In this document: positions 33,835 through 45,049 of the stretch, piece after piece
Position numbering within the stretch: the first letter of the stretch is position 1
How the letters are laid out: each line of letters begins with the position of its first letter
Notes under the pieces: generated by a model
What the model was told of the DNA's origin: nothing
The model's input: the letters and a program-made list of their open reading frames with translations, nothing else
Databases searched by the model: none
Position numbers and translations under genes: made by a program
Source: Microbacteriaceae bacterium
GTDB taxonomy: Bacteria > Actinomycetota > Actinomycetes > Actinomycetales > Microbacteriaceae
Reading direction: 5' to 3'
Assembly (NCBI GenBank): GCA_039922875.1
Contig: JBDTDV010000067.1
Location: 16,840 to 80,839 of the forward strand
Length of the DNA: 64,000 bases

Positions 33835-33840
33835 TATAAT
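33835..33840 (+). promoter_or_regulatory. Candidate -10 box (TATAAT) for secG-rbpA
   Basis: Perfect TATAAT lies 56 nt upstream of the secG GTG. There is no good -35. Confidence 0.3.
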
Positions 33841-33895
33841 TGTCTGGGTCCGTGCGTTCTTGGGGGAAGCACCATGGAAATTCGAAAGGTAACTA

Positions 33896-34147
33896 GTGCA
33901 AATTCTTGACGTCGTGTTGCAGGTGTTGCTCGGCATCACGAGCCTCCTGATCACCCTGTTGATTCTGTTGCACAAGGGTCGCGGTGGCGGTCTGTCGGAC
34001 ATGTTCGGCGGCGGTACCACGTCCAACCTCGGCGCTTCAGGGGTGGCGGAGCGGAACTTGAACCGCATCACCATCATTCTCGGGCTGATCTGGCTCGTCT
34101 GTATCGTCATGCTTGGACTCATCACCAAATTCAGTGCTGGTTCATAG
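33896..34147 (+). CDS. secG: Preprotein translocase subunit SecG
   Basis: 83 aa, two TM segments. LLHKGRGGGLSDMFGGG is the SecG signature. Confidence 0.9.
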   Translation: MQILDVVLQVLLGITSLLITLLILLHKGRGGGLSDMFGGGTTSNLGASGVAERNLNRITIILGLIWLVCIVMLGLITKFSAGS

Positions 34148-34155
34148 GAGGACTC

Positions 34156-34524
34156 ATGGCATCCGGAGGAAGCGCCATTCGTGGTTCGCGCGTTGGCGCG
34201 GGCCCGATGGGAGAGCAGGATCGCGGCTATCACGCGGAACGGGTCTCGATCTCATACTGGGACGCGCTCGGCAACGAGACGGTGCGGTATTTTGCGGCGA
34301 ACCTGCCGGACGAGGAAATCCCCGAGACCATCGACTCCCCGCAGTCTGGGCTCCCGGCCGGCCGGGACAAGGAGAACCCGCCCGCCCTGACCAAGCTCGA
34401 GCCGTACAAGACTCATCTCGCCTACGTCAAAGAGCGTCGCACCGAAGACGAGGCTAAGCAGCTACTAGACGACGCTTTGACTCAGTTGCGCACCCGTCGG
34501 GGCAAGCTCACCCCGACAAACTAG
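34156..34524 (+). CDS. rbpA: RNA polymerase-binding protein RbpA (Cys-less type)
   Basis: 122 aa. IRGSRVGAG N-terminus and a C-terminal sigma-interaction-like helix (KTHLAYVKERRTEDEAKQLLDDALTQLRTRR) resemble RbpA (from memory). Confidence 0.75.
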   Translation: MASGGSAIRGSRVGAGPMGEQDRGYHAERVSISYWDALGNETVRYFAANLPDEEIPETIDSPQSGLPAGRDKENPPALTKLEPYKTHLAYVKERRTEDEAKQLLDDALTQLRTRRGKLTPTN

Positions 34525-34610
34525 GCAGGGCCTTCCCCGGGGCGCAGGGTCACTGCCGCAACCTCGGTCTGGACCTCACCCACTCTACGAGTGCGACCGG
34601 CTTGCCGAGC

Positions 34611-35381
34611 TCAGTAACTCTGGCTGATCAAGGCTTCCGGCACCTCTGCCGCGGCGGCACCGTCGACGAAGAAGACGGTGCGCTTGCGGCCCTTCGCGCC
34701 AGCCACTGGAACATCGCGGTAGTTCGCGCCGGCCAAAGCCAGGCCGAGCGCTGACGCCTTATCGGTTCCGGCCAGTACCAGCCAGATCCTGGTCGACGAA
34801 TTCAACACCGGTCGGGTCAGGCTGATCCGCTCCGAGGGCGGCTTCGGCGAGTCCCGAACGGCAATCACCGACGCCTGCGTCTGTGTGATGCCGCTCAGTT
34901 CCGGAAACAATGAGGCAATGTGTCCGTCCGGGCCGACGCCGAGGAAGGTGATGTCGAGCCGGGGGGTCGCAGCGCCCGCGCTGGCGTTGGCGGCGAGTTC
35001 TTGGGCATAGGACGCGGCGGCAGCATCCAGATCCATCCCGTCATCCGACGCCGGCATGGCGTGAATGTTGGCTTCGGGGATCGTGATCTGGTCGAGCAGC
35101 GCCTGGCGAGCCTGCCGCTCGTTTCGGTCGGGGTCCTCGCGCGGCACCCAGCGCTCGTCTCCCCACCAGAACTGAACCTTCGACCAATCGACGGTGTCTC
35201 TAGCCGGCGACACGTTGATCGCCGCGAGTACCGCCGACCCCATCGTCCCCCCGGTGAGGACCACGTTCGCAACGCCCTGCTCATGGATCAGGTCAACGGT
35301 TTTGGTGATGAACCGCGCGGCGACCGAACCGGCAAGCGCATGCCTATCTGCGTGGACCAGGACTCGCCGTTCGTTCGTCAT
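34611..35381 (-). CDS. pgl: 6-phosphogluconolactonase
   Basis: 256 aa. LTGGTMG, WWGDERWV and GPDGHIASLFP motifs. ATGA overlap with opcA. Confidence 0.9.
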   Translation of the reverse strand: MTNERRVLVHADRHALAGSVAARFITKTVDLIHEQGVANVVLTGGTMGSAVLAAINVSPARDTVDWSKVQFWWGDERWVPREDPDRNERQARQALLDQITIPEANIHAMPASDDGMDLDAAAASYAQELAANASAGAATPRLDITFLGVGPDGHIASLFPELSGITQTQASVIAVRDSPKPPSERISLTRPVLNSSTRIWLVLAGTDKASALGLALAGANYRDVPVAGAKGRKRTVFFVDGAAAAEVPEALISQSY

Positions 35382-36349
35382 TGCGTGCTGACCGCCCCTT
35401 CGATGGCATCCTCGAGCTGATCCAGCCCGTGTGAGATCACCTCGCCATACAGATCATCCGGATCCAGCCTACGCAGTTCTTCGGCCAAACAGTCGCGGAG
35501 GCTGCGGCGCGGCAGCGACAGGTCGTGGGTCGGCTGGTTCGGCTGAATCAGGGTGGCGATGTTCGGAATGGAGCGCTCGAGCTCGATCAGACCGGACTCG
35601 CGCATGAGCCGGACCCCGTGGATGCCGCTGGAACCGGTGCCTCGGCTGGTCAGATCGCGGCGGGCCGGAACCTGCAGTTGCAGTTGAAGCCACGCCGCCA
35701 GGAGCACCGTAGAGGGGGAGTCGGCGGCGCCGGATACTTCCACCTCGGTGATCGGCTGGTACGGCGGCTGATCCAGAACCGCGGCCAGTTGGGCCCGCCA
35801 CAGCGTCAACCTGGTCCAGGAAAAGTCGGTATCGCCCGGGGCATAGGTCTTTGACAGGTGCCGGAGTGCCGCGTGCGGGTCGGCCTGGGTCGACGCGTCG
35901 GTGATCCTCCTGGTGGCGATCCTGCCCAGCGGGCACTGCGACACCACGTCCGGCGCCAAGCCGGGCCACCACGCGACCACCGGAGCGTCTGGCAGCAGTA
36001 ACGGCGTGACCAGTCCCTCCTCGTCGCTTGCGGTCTCGCCATACGCCTTGAGCATGATGACCTCGCTCGCGCCGGCATCGCCGCCGACCCGGATCTGGCC
36101 ATCCAGTCGACCGGTTCCGGTCAACGGGGCCTCGGCATCCGGGTCTGCGGTGGAGACCACTATCACCCGCATCGGATGCTCGCGGGAGGCATCGTTGGCC
36201 GCTTCGATGGCCTCCTCTTCTTGGCCGAGCGAGGTCGCGATCACCAGTGTGAGAACTCGTCCCAAGGCGACCGCTCCGCCCTCCTGACGAATCTTCACCA
36301 GGGTCTTGGCGACCTTGCTCGTCGTAGTGTTGGGCAGATCGACAATCAT
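35378..36349 (-). CDS. opcA: Glucose-6-phosphate dehydrogenase assembly protein OpcA
   Basis: 323 aa. Lies between zwf and pgl with 4-nt overlaps on both sides. Typical OpcA N-terminus (VDLPNTTTSKV). Confidence 0.85.
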   Translation of the reverse strand: MIVDLPNTTTSKVAKTLVKIRQEGGAVALGRVLTLVIATSLGQEEEAIEAANDASREHPMRVIVVSTADPDAEAPLTGTGRLDGQIRVGGDAGASEVIMLKAYGETASDEEGLVTPLLLPDAPVVAWWPGLAPDVVSQCPLGRIATRRITDASTQADPHAALRHLSKTYAPGDTDFSWTRLTLWRAQLAAVLDQPPYQPITEVEVSGAADSPSTVLLAAWLQLQLQVPARRDLTSRGTGSSGIHGVRLMRESGLIELERSIPNIATLIQPNQPTHDLSLPRRSLRDCLAEELRRLDPDDLYGEVISHGLDQLEDAIEGAVSTQ

Positions 36350-37887
36350 GGTCGCCTCCAGGTTCGGCCGTCGCGGGCCAATAGGTCGTCGGCGGAGCTG
36401 GGCCCCCAGGTTCCGGGGCGGTATTGCTCCGGTTGCCCTTGAGTCGCCCAGAATCTCTCGATCGGGTCGAGGATCTTCCAGGAGAGCTCGACTTCTTCAT
36501 GCCGGGGGAACAGCGGCGGGTCACCGAGCAGTACATCGAGAATCAGTCGCTCATAGGCTTCCGGGCTGGCTTCGGTGAACGCGTGCCCGTAGCCGAAGTC
36601 CATCGTCACGTCGCGCACCTGCATCGTCGCGCCGGGCACTTTGGAACCGAAACGGATGGTGACCCCCTCGTCGGGCTGGACCCGGATGACCAGGGCGTTC
36701 TGGCCGAGGGCAGACGTCTGGCCCTGCCCGAACAACTGTTGCGGGGCTCGTTTGAACACGACCGCGATCTCGGTCACCCGGCGGCCCAGTCGCTTGCCCG
36801 CCCGGAGATAAAACGGCACGCCTGCCCAGCGTCTAGTACCGATTTCCAGGCGCATCGCAGCGTACGTCTCGGTGGTGGAATCCGGGTTCATCCCATCTTC
36901 GTGGAGGAAGCCGAGGACCTTCTCCCCACCCTGCCAGCCGCTGGAGTACTGCCCGCGAGCTGTGCCGGCGGCCAGATCTTGAGGCAACTTGATCGCCCGG
37001 AGGATCTTCTCCTTCTCGGCGCGCAAATCCGACGCGTTGAACGCGATCGGCTCTTCCATCGCGGTCAGCGCCAACAGCTGAAGCAGATGATTTTGGATGA
37101 CGTCTCTGGCCGCCCCGATCCCGTCGTAATAGCCCGCCCGGCCGCCGACTCCGATGTCCTCAGCCATCGTGATCTGGACGTGATCGACATAGTTCGTGTT
37201 CCAAATCGGCTCGTAGAGCTGGTTCGCAAAACGCAGTGCCAGGATGTTCTGCACCGTCTCCTTGCCCAGGTAGTGGTCGATGCGGAACACCGAGTCCGGA
37301 GGGAACACCGACTCCACGACGTTGTTCAGTTCCCGTGCCGAGGCCAGATCGCTGCCGAAGGGCTTTTCGATGACCACCCGGCGCCAGCGGCCGTTCTCCT
37401 GGTCGGCGAGCCCGGAGTGGCGCAGTTGCTCGGTGACCAGCGGAAACGACTTCGGCGGGATCGACAGGTAGAACGCGTGGTTTCCCATGGTCCCGCGATC
37501 CCGGTCCAGCGCGTGCACGGTCTCTTTGAGCCGCTGGAACGCTGCGGCATCATCGAACTCACCGGGTACAAAACGGATGCCCTGGGCCAGTTGCTGCCAG
37601 ACATCATCGCGGAAGTCGGTGCGAGCGTACTGCTTGACCGCGTCGTGGACCACCTTCTCGAAGTCCTGGTCCGCCCAATCCCGCCTGGCGAACCCGACGA
37701 GTGCGAACCCGGGTGGTAGCAGACCACGATTGGCCAGATCGTACACCGCGGGCATCAGCTTCTTGCGGGAGAGGTCACCGGTCACTCCGAAGATGATCAA
37801 CGCACTCGGCCCAGCGATTCGGTTCAGCCGACGATCGGACGGCAACCGCAGCGGGTTGAAGTCCTTGCTGATTTGCACCGGTGACAT
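36346..37887 (-). CDS. zwf: Glucose-6-phosphate dehydrogenase
   Basis: 513 aa. GVTGDLSRKKL and RIDHYLGKE motifs. RBS AAAGGAGC. Confidence 0.97.
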   Translation of the reverse strand: MSPVQISKDFNPLRLPSDRRLNRIAGPSALIIFGVTGDLSRKKLMPAVYDLANRGLLPPGFALVGFARRDWADQDFEKVVHDAVKQYARTDFRDDVWQQLAQGIRFVPGEFDDAAAFQRLKETVHALDRDRGTMGNHAFYLSIPPKSFPLVTEQLRHSGLADQENGRWRRVVIEKPFGSDLASARELNNVVESVFPPDSVFRIDHYLGKETVQNILALRFANQLYEPIWNTNYVDHVQITMAEDIGVGGRAGYYDGIGAARDVIQNHLLQLLALTAMEEPIAFNASDLRAEKEKILRAIKLPQDLAAGTARGQYSSGWQGGEKVLGFLHEDGMNPDSTTETYAAMRLEIGTRRWAGVPFYLRAGKRLGRRVTEIAVVFKRAPQQLFGQGQTSALGQNALVIRVQPDEGVTIRFGSKVPGATMQVRDVTMDFGYGHAFTEASPEAYERLILDVLLGDPPLFPRHEEVELSWKILDPIERFWATQGQPEQYRPGTWGPSSADDLLARDGRTWRRP

Positions 37888-37910
37888 GCAGCTCCTTTAA
37901 GGATGAATGC

Positions 37911-39530
37911 TTAGTTGAACGCGCTGAACAGTGCGACGAGGTCGTTCGCCGGGTCGGTGAGGTTGAGGGTCAGCACCGGGCGGCCATGGTCCGCGAGAAC
38001 ACTCGCGTCTCCGGAGGCCTGTGCCTGGATCAGTTGACCAAACGTGAATGGGCGATCCGGGATCTCCAGGTCTGCGGCGGCGTCCTCGGTAATCTGCAAA
38101 AAGACCCCCGCCGCCGGCCCGCCCTTGTGGAACTGCCCGGTGGAGTGCAGGAAGCGTGGCCCCCATCCGAATGTCACCGGTCGCCTCGCCTTAGCAGCCA
38201 GCAGGTCCCGAAGTCCGGCAAGCTGCGGCAATGCCACCCGGTCGACGTACGCCTGAATGGCGACATAACCGTCCGGGCCGAGCTGGCCCAACAGCGCGTC
38301 CACCGCAGCCTCGATCGAGCCTGCGTTCTCGGCGCTCAGACCCAGTCCTGTGGTCGCACGTACCTCGATGCCGTCTACGGCGAAGATCGGTGCGGTCGGT
38401 TCCGGCCGGGCGTCCAGCAATCCCCGGGTGGCTTCCTTGGCCGATTCGACGTCGGGCTGGTCGAACGGGTTGATGCCCAGAATGCGGCCGGCCACGGCCG
38501 TCGCGTACTCCCAGACCAGGAATTGCGCACCGAGAGATCCGCTGACCAAAATCTCGCCATCATGCCTTGCTCCAGGAAGCAGATGATGGGCGCTGGCATC
38601 CTCGACGACCCGTACGATCTGCAGGTCCGGGAGATTCTCCTCCAGCTCGGGGGAGAGCGGGTCGAGGACGACCGGGAGCAGCCCGGTGCCCTGCTTCCCG
38701 GTGGACTCGGCGATCAACTGCTCCGCCCAGTCCGCGAAACCAACGATGTGGGTACCGTCCGAAACGATGCCCAGCTTGTCCTTGAGCGGTTTGGTATCGG
38801 CGATGGCGGCGCCCAGGATCAGGCCAGGGTTCGTCTCGTCGTCGATGGAGAGTTCCAGCGAGATGGTCTCCGCTTCGCGGAGCAGCTCATCTATGTCAAC
38901 ACCGGCGAGGCCGGAGGGGACCAGGCCGAACGCGGTCAAAGCGGAGTACCGGCCGCCCACGTCCGGATCCGCATTGAAGACGTGGTAGCCGGCAGCTCTG
39001 GCCGAGGTGTCCAGTGGTGAGCCGGGATCGGTGACCACCACGATGCGCTCGGCTGGGTCGACGCCGATCTCGGTGAATGCCTTCTCGTACAGTCGGCGCT
39101 GGCTGTCAGTCTCCACGGTGGAGCCCGACTTGCTGGAGATCACGATCGCGCTGGTGGCCAGCCGGTCACTCAATGCGCTGCGCACCTGTCCGGGCGCGGT
39201 CGAGTCCAAGATGGTCAGCTCAACATGGGAGGTACGGGTGATCACCTCAGGGGCGAGCGAGGACCCGCCCATCCCGCCCAGCAGAACATGGTCGACTCCG
39301 GCGGTCCGGAGTGTGTCGCGCAGCGCGATGATCTCTGCAACCAGCGGTCGCGAATTCGCCACCGCCTCGACCCAGCCGAGACGCTTTGCCGCTTCTCGCT
39401 CCGCGTCTTTTCCCCAGAGCGCGGGGTCAAGCCCGGTAATTCCGGATGCGACCAGGTCTGCTACCAGGGCCGGCATCAGCCGATCGACGGCCTCTTTCGG
39501 CGCGCCGCTTAGGTGAATTTTGAAGCTCAT
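37911..39530 (-). CDS. pgi: Glucose-6-phosphate isomerase
   Basis: 539 aa. [11 protein letters not shown] and SIS-domain pattern. ATGA overlap with tal. Confidence 0.9.
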   Translation of the reverse strand: MSFKIHLSGAPKEAVDRLMPALVADLVASGITGLDPALWGKDAEREAAKRLGWVEAVANSRPLVAEIIALRDTLRTAGVDHVLLGGMGGSSLAPEVITRTSHVELTILDSTAPGQVRSALSDRLATSAIVISSKSGSTVETDSQRRLYEKAFTEIGVDPAERIVVVTDPGSPLDTSARAAGYHVFNADPDVGGRYSALTAFGLVPSGLAGVDIDELLREAETISLELSIDDETNPGLILGAAIADTKPLKDKLGIVSDGTHIVGFADWAEQLIAESTGKQGTGLLPVVLDPLSPELEENLPDLQIVRVVEDASAHHLLPGARHDGEILVSGSLGAQFLVWEYATAVAGRILGINPFDQPDVESAKEATRGLLDARPEPTAPIFAVDGIEVRATTGLGLSAENAGSIEAAVDALLGQLGPDGYVAIQAYVDRVALPQLAGLRDLLAAKARRPVTFGWGPRFLHSTGQFHKGGPAAGVFLQITEDAAADLEIPDRPFTFGQLIQAQASGDASVLADHGRPVLTLNLTDPANDLVALFSAFN

Positions 39531-40645
39531 CGAGACGCGCCCTTCAACGCGGCCTCGACGCTGTCGCGCAACTCACCCCAGGAGACGATGAACTTATCGA
39601 TGCCCTCCTTCTCGAGTAGTTCGGTGACCTCAGTGTACGAAACCCCCTGTGCATCGATCGCGTTCAGCAGATCATTCGCCGCGCCATAGGTACCCTGAAC
39701 GGAGTTCTGCGGAATCACCGCATGGTCCTGGGTAGCCTCCAGAGTCTTGGCCGGCATGGTGTTGATGACTTCCGGGGCCACCAACTCGGTCACATAGAGC
39801 GTGTCGGGCAGGCTCGGGTCCTTGACTCCGGTCGATGCCCACAGCGGGCGCTGCTTATGCGCACCGGCCGCCAGCAATCCCTTGGCCCGCTCGGTAGCGA
39901 AGGCCTGCTCGTAGATCTCATACGCCAGTCGGGCGTTGGCGATCCCGGCTTTGCTTTTCAGCGCCAGGGCCTCTGTAGTGCCGATTGCGGTCAGTCGCTT
40001 ATCGACCTCCGTGTCGACCCGAGACACGAAGAACGATGCGACCGAGTGGATGGTGGAGAGATCTATGCCGGCAGCCTTGGCCTTCTCCAGCCCGGTGAGA
40101 TACGCGTTGATGACCTGGCGATGCCGCTCGAGGCTGAAGATCAAGGTGACGTTGATACTGATCCCGACCGCGGTGGACTCGGTGATCGCCTCAAGGCCGG
40201 CGACCGTCGCCGGAATCTTGATCATCGCGTTGCGCCGGTCGACCTTCTTCCACAGTCGCTTTGCGGCAGCAACGGTTCCTGCGGTGTCATGAGCCAGTCC
40301 GGGCTCTACCTCGATAGAGGCCCGCCCGTCGAAGCCACCGGATGCCTGGAACGCCGGCAGGAAAACATCGCAGGCGCTTGCGACATCTCTGGTGGTGATT
40401 TCGAAAATTGCGTCCGTGACGTCAGTGCCGGCTGCGGCCAGTTCGCGGACCTGCTGGTCGTATGCTGCGCCGTTGGCCAGCGCCTTGGCGAAGATGGTCG
40501 GATTGGATGTCACCCCGACGACATTTCGCTCGTCGACGAGCTTCTGCAGGCCTCCAGTGGACAGGAGTTCCCGGGACAGATCATCGAGCCAGATGCTCAC
40601 CCCTGCCTCAGCCAGTTGCGCGGTGGGTGTTGTTGCTGCGGTCAT
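39527..40645 (-). CDS. tal: Transaldolase
   Basis: Internal ATG 40645 after [26 protein letters not shown] and IKIPAT motifs. Confidence 0.95.
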   Translation of the reverse strand: MTAATTPTAQLAEAGVSIWLDDLSRELLSTGGLQKLVDERNVVGVTSNPTIFAKALANGAAYDQQVRELAAAGTDVTDAIFEITTRDVASACDVFLPAFQASGGFDGRASIEVEPGLAHDTAGTVAAAKRLWKKVDRRNAMIKIPATVAGLEAITESTAVGISINVTLIFSLERHRQVINAYLTGLEKAKAAGIDLSTIHSVASFFVSRVDTEVDKRLTAIGTTEALALKSKAGIANARLAYEIYEQAFATERAKGLLAAGAHKQRPLWASTGVKDPSLPDTLYVTELVAPEVINTMPAKTLEATQDHAVIPQNSVQGTYGAANDLLNAIDAQGVSYTEVTELLEKEGIDKFIVSWGELRDSVEAALKGASR

Positions 40646-40693
40646 ATTGTTCTCCTCTGGAAAATCTTCGTCTGCACTTGATCTCTGCAACGC

Positions 40694-42787
40694 TTACAGG
40701 GAGGCAATCGATTCCTTTGCGGCCGAGACGACAGCCTCCGTGGTCAGGCCGAATTCGCGGTACAGGGTTTCGTAGTCTGCCGACGCGCCGAAATGTTCGA
40801 TCGAGACACTGCGTCCGTGTGGGCCGATATACGGCATCCAGGTCAGTGCGATTCCGGCCTCGACAGAAACCCGGGCCGATACCGCGGCCGGCAGCACCGA
40901 TTCGCGATATGCCGCATCCTGCTCTTGGAACCACTCCAGGCATGGGGCGGAGACGACCCGCGCGTTGACCCCCTCGCCGCGCAGTACCTCGCGCGCCTGG
41001 ACTGCAAACTGGACCTCCGAGCCGGTCGCGATGATGATCACATCTGGCGTGCCGTCAGGCGCATCGGCCAGAACGTAGGCGCCCTTCTCGGCATTGGCCG
41101 CCGACGCGAACACGTCACCGGATGCCTGGCCGTCGCCGCGCTGGAATACCGGCAGATTCTGGCGACTCAGCACGATCCCGGCCGGGCCGTCGCGACGCTC
41201 CAGCATGCGCTTCCAGGCATAGCCCGTCTCGTTCGCGTCGGCAGGCCGCACGACATCCAGTCCAGGAATAGCCCGGAGCGAGGCGAGCTGCTCGACCGGC
41301 TGATGCGTCGGTCCGTCACCGCCGAGAGCGACCGAATCGTGGGTCCAGACGAAGATCGATGGCGCCTTCATCAGGGCGGCCAGGCGAATGGCCGGACGCT
41401 GGTAGTCGCTGAAGATCAGGAACGTGCCACCGAACGGCCTGGTGTTGCCGTGCAGCACGATGCCATTGAGAATTGCCGCCATCGCGTGCTCACGGATCCC
41501 GAAGTGCAGGACCCTGCCATACCTGTTGCCGGTCCACTCGTGGGTGGAATGTTCGCTGGGCACGAACGAGTCGGCCGAGGTGATGGTGGTGTTGTTCGAC
41601 CCCGCGAGGTCTGCCGAACCGCCCCACAGTTCCGGGACCACCTCGGCGAGAGCGTTGATCACCTTTCCGCTGGCGGCTCGGGTTGAAACATCTTTGTCGG
41701 TCGGGAATACCGGCAGGGCGTCCACAATGCCATCCGGCAGCTGGCCGGAGAGGATCCGGTCAAGCAGGTGCTTACGCTCGGGGTTGGTCTTGGCCCAGGC
41801 ATCAAACCGCTGGTTCCACTGCTCGTGGTGCGCGCGGCCGCGATCCACCGCTTTCCTGGTGTGCTCGAGAACCTCCGGGGCTACGTCAAAGGTCTTCTCC
41901 GGGTCGAACCCGAGTACTTCCTTCACCGCTGCCAGTTCCTCCGCGCCGAGCGCCGAGCCGTGGATCGTACCGGTGTTCTGCTTCTTCGGGCTCGGCCAGC
42001 CGATGATCGTTCTCAGGATGATCATGGACGGCTGGTCGGTGACGGCCTGGGCGGCCGCGATGGCGTCGTTCAACTCGGCGACATCCTCGGAGTACACCCC
42101 GGTCTTTTTCCAGTCGACTACCTGGACGTGCCAGTGATAAGCCTCATAGCGCGCCCTCACATCCTCGGTGAAGGCGATGTCGGTGTCGTCCTCGATCGAG
42201 ATCTGATTGCTGTCGTAAATCACGACGAGGTTGCCGAGCTGCTGATGCCCGGCGAGCGAGGATGCCTCGCTGGAGACGCCCTCCTGCAGGTCGCCGTCGC
42301 TGCAGATCACGTAGACGAAGTGGTCGAAGACGCTTTCTCCGGCCGCAGTGTCCGGGTCGAACAGGCCGCGTTCGAAGCGGGACGCGTACGCGAATCCCAC
42401 GGCAGAGGAGATGCCCTGGCCCAGTGGTCCCGTGGTGATCTCGATCCCCTCGGTGTGTCCGTACTCTGGGTGCCCCGGGGTCTTCGAGCCCCAGGTTCGC
42501 AGAGCCTGCAGATCGGTCAGCTCCAGTCCGTAGCCGCCGAGGAAGAATTGCACGTACTGCGTCAGTGAGCTGTGCCCGCAGGAGAGGATGAACCGGTCCC
42601 TGCCGATCCAGGTCGAATCGCTCGGGTCTGTGCGCATCACCCGTTGGAAAAGCAGGTAGGCAGCCGGTGCCAGGCTCATCGCCGTGCCCGGGTGTCCATT
42701 CCCGACTTTTTCAACCGCGTCAGCCGCGAGAATTCGCGCCGTATCGACGGCGCGATCATCGATGGGCTCCCACTGCAAAGCTGCCAT
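40694..42787 (-). CDS. tkt: Transketolase
   Basis: GNGHPGTAMSLAP and GDGDLQEG-type ThDP motifs. Start is ATG 42787 (MAALQWEPIDD) or ATG 42859. The track TTG 43048 is unlikely. Confidence 0.95.
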   Translation of the reverse strand: MAALQWEPIDDRAVDTARILAADAVEKVGNGHPGTAMSLAPAAYLLFQRVMRTDPSDSTWIGRDRFILSCGHSSLTQYVQFFLGGYGLELTDLQALRTWGSKTPGHPEYGHTEGIEITTGPLGQGISSAVGFAYASRFERGLFDPDTAAGESVFDHFVYVICSDGDLQEGVSSEASSLAGHQQLGNLVVIYDSNQISIEDDTDIAFTEDVRARYEAYHWHVQVVDWKKTGVYSEDVAELNDAIAAAQAVTDQPSMIILRTIIGWPSPKKQNTGTIHGSALGAEELAAVKEVLGFDPEKTFDVAPEVLEHTRKAVDRGRAHHEQWNQRFDAWAKTNPERKHLLDRILSGQLPDGIVDALPVFPTDKDVSTRAASGKVINALAEVVPELWGGSADLAGSNNTTITSADSFVPSEHSTHEWTGNRYGRVLHFGIREHAMAAILNGIVLHGNTRPFGGTFLIFSDYQRPAIRLAALMKAPSIFVWTHDSVALGGDGPTHQPVEQLASLRAIPGLDVVRPADANETGYAWKRMLERRDGPAGIVLSRQNLPVFQRGDGQASGDVFASAANAEKGAYVLADAPDGTPDVIIIATGSEVQFAVQAREVLRGEGVNARVVSAPCLEWFQEQDAAYRESVLPAAVSARVSVEAGIALTWMPYIGPHGRSVSIEHFGASADYETLYREFGLTTEAVVSAAKESIASL

Positions 42788-43026
42788 TGGATTCCGACCC
42801 TTCTGAGAATGGGCTATGGCCTGATCGGCCTGCCCAGGTGAGATGGCACGCGCCGACATCTTCGTCACCGGCTCCAGCGTCTGAGAGCGAACCGAAACCG
42901 GCGGCCCTAGCGCATTATGGAGTCGGCTAGCGAGCGCTTTCAGTATACGGACCCCGACTACGGCCACGCAGGGATGCGCGCCAGGACGTCGGCGCAGGGC
43001 CGCGCACGATGACCTAGAATTGCCGT

Positions 43027-43052
43027 AGGGCCAACCGGCCAGGGCCAACCGG
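43027..43052. repeat. Direct repeat AGGGCCAACCGG x2 (14-nt period) in the ctaB leader
   Basis: Copies at 43027-43038 and 43041-43052, between a TAGAAT box (43015-43020) and the ctaB RBS GAGGAG. Confidence 0.8.
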
Positions 43053-43063
43053 TTAGAGGAGCA

Positions 43064-44014
43064 ATGGACGTTGCCGTAGATTCCCGCGTCGAGCGCAGCC
43101 GCACCCGCTTAACCGGCGCGGTGCTGTCCCGTAAGATCAAGGGCTATTTCTCCCTCACCAAACCGCGCGTGATGGAGTTGCTGCTAGTCACGACGGTGCC
43201 GGTGATGATTCTGGCTCAGCGTGGCATTCCAGACCTTTGGCTTGTGATCGCTACGGTCGTCGGTGGTGCCCTCAGTGCCGGGTCCGCGGCATCCTTCAAC
43301 TGCTACATCGACCGCGACATCGATAAGGTGATGAACCGCACCCAGCACCGGCCGCTGGTCACCGGGGATCTCAGCCCCCGGGAAGCGCTGATCTTCTCCT
43401 GGGTGCTCGCGGTGGGCTCGACGCTCTGGCTGCTGGTCACCACCAATTGGCTGACCGCTGCGCTGTCGGTTGCCGCGATCTTCTTCTATGTCGTGATCTA
43501 CACCCTGATTCTGAAGCGGCGTACGCCGCAGAACATTATTTGGGGCGGCATCGCCGGATGTTTCCCCGTGCTGATCGGGTGGTCTGCGGTCACCGGATCG
43601 TTGACCTGGGCACCGTGGATCCTGTTCGCGGTCATCTTCCTGTGGACGCCGCCGCACTATTGGCCGCTGTCGATGAAGTATCGGGAGGACTACAAGTCGG
43701 TCGGCGTACCCATGCTGGCTGTGGTGCGCGGTCGCCAGGTGGTGGGACTGCAGGTCATTCTGTACGCCTGGGCAACGGTGGCGTGCTCGCTGCTACTGAC
43801 CCCCATCGCGCATATGGGAGTGATCTACACGGCGGTCGCGCTGGCATCCGGCGGCTGGTTCATCTACGAAACGCACCGGTTGTACAGTCTCGCGATCCGG
43901 CACGAGCAGGTATCTCCGATGCGGGTGTTCCACGGCTCGATCAGCTACTTGACGCTACTGTTCCTGGCGGTCGCTATCGACCCGCTGCTGTTGATCTTCC
44001 CCTGCCCTGGCTGA
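43064..44014 (+). CDS. ctaB: Protoheme IX farnesyltransferase (heme O synthase)
   Basis: 316 aa polytopic protein with UbiA-type motifs ([20 protein letters not shown]). Confidence 0.9.
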   Translation: MDVAVDSRVERSRTRLTGAVLSRKIKGYFSLTKPRVMELLLVTTVPVMILAQRGIPDLWLVIATVVGGALSAGSAASFNCYIDRDIDKVMNRTQHRPLVTGDLSPREALIFSWVLAVGSTLWLLVTTNWLTAALSVAAIFFYVVIYTLILKRRTPQNIIWGGIAGCFPVLIGWSAVTGSLTWAPWILFAVIFLWTPPHYWPLSMKYREDYKSVGVPMLAVVRGRQVVGLQVILYAWATVACSLLLTPIAHMGVIYTAVALASGGWFIYETHRLYSLAIRHEQVSPMRVFHGSISYLTLLFLAVAIDPLLLIFPCPG

Positions 44015-44937
44015 TCCGCGGACACCGGCCGGTCCGGTTTGGTGACCGCTGGGCTGGTCAACTTCGACAGCACGACGGCGGTGGCCGCGGCAAGCAACCC
44101 GGCCAGTACCATATGCGTCACCACCAACCCGCCCGGCAGTCCGGTGTTCGCCTGGATCAGACCGACCCCGATCTGGGCGAACTGGATCAGCAACAGCCAC
44201 ATCGCCGCCATCCGCACCGTCGCAAGCCCGAGGGTGAAGGCTGCGGTGACCAGCACGATCGTCAGTCCGAACGTGGCGTAGGCGGGCAGGCTGTGAACAT
44301 GCTGAAGAAGTTCCGAGTTCAGCCCGTTGCGCTGCGCGTTCCGGTCTCCGGCGTGCGGACCCGATCCGGTGGTCAGAATGCCGACAAGAATGGTCACTCC
44401 GGCGAATCCAGCCATCACCCAGGCGACCATGGCGTACCAGGCCGGAACCGCTCGCGTCCGCGCGCCGGGCGTCGCGTAGATGCGCATCACCAAAATCGCT
44501 GACAGCGCAACCAGCGCGATAGACACCACGAAATGCAGCCCGACAACATAAGGATTCAGCTGACTCAACACCGTGATTCCGCCGACGACACCTTGCAGCG
44601 GAATGCTCATGCCCAGTGCGAAGGCGATCCAGAACAGATCGGGCCGCGTCCTGTGCATCCGAATGACGAATACGAACGCCACGATGACCACCACGATCAG
44701 CGCCGCGGAGAGCAGTCGATTGCTGAACTCGATGATGCCGTGGATGCCCATTTCCGGCGTGTTCGTCAACGACGCGCCGGTGCACTTCGGCCAGGTTGGG
44801 CAGCCGAGCCCGGACCCGGTCAGACGTACCGCTCCGCCGGAGGCGATCAGCAGCAGCTGGCCGATCAGGGAAAGCCAGCCGATGACCCGCACCCGCCGGT
44901 CGACGATGCGCGGTAGCCAGTCATAGATCCGATTCAC
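43945..44937 (-). CDS. ctaA: Heme A synthase (COX15/CtaA)
   Basis: 330 aa polytopic protein. [20 protein letters not shown]-terminal motif. GTG start after GAGGAAG. Confidence 0.85.
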   Translation of the reverse strand: MNRIYDWLPRIVDRRVRVIGWLSLIGQLLLIASGGAVRLTGSGLGCPTWPKCTGASLTNTPEMGIHGIIEFSNRLLSAALIVVVIVAFVFVIRMHRTRPDLFWIAFALGMSIPLQGVVGGITVLSQLNPYVVGLHFVVSIALVALSAILVMRIYATPGARTRAVPAWYAMVAWVMAGFAGVTILVGILTTGSGPHAGDRNAQRNGLNSELLQHVHSLPAYATFGLTIVLVTAAFTLGLATVRMAAMWLLLIQFAQIGVGLIQANTGLPGGLVVTHMVLAGLLAAATAVVLSKLTSPAVTKPDRPVSADQPGQGKINSSGSIATARNSSVK

Positions 44938-45020
44938 GTATCTGATCTTCCTCTACTTGCCAGGGAACGGACAAAATGCGACCAAAAGTCCGAACTGAAT
45001 AAAAAGCATTGTGTTGCCTC

Positions 45021-45049
45021 TTATTATTCTCAGACTCAGCCTGTAGAAT
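45021..45049 (+). promoter_or_regulatory. Candidate sigma-70-type promoter for the suf operon (TTATTA-N17-TAGAAT, TG-extended)
   Basis: TGTAGAAT at 45042-45049 and TTATTA at 45021-45026. This would give a leader of about 220 nt before sufB. Confidence 0.3.
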
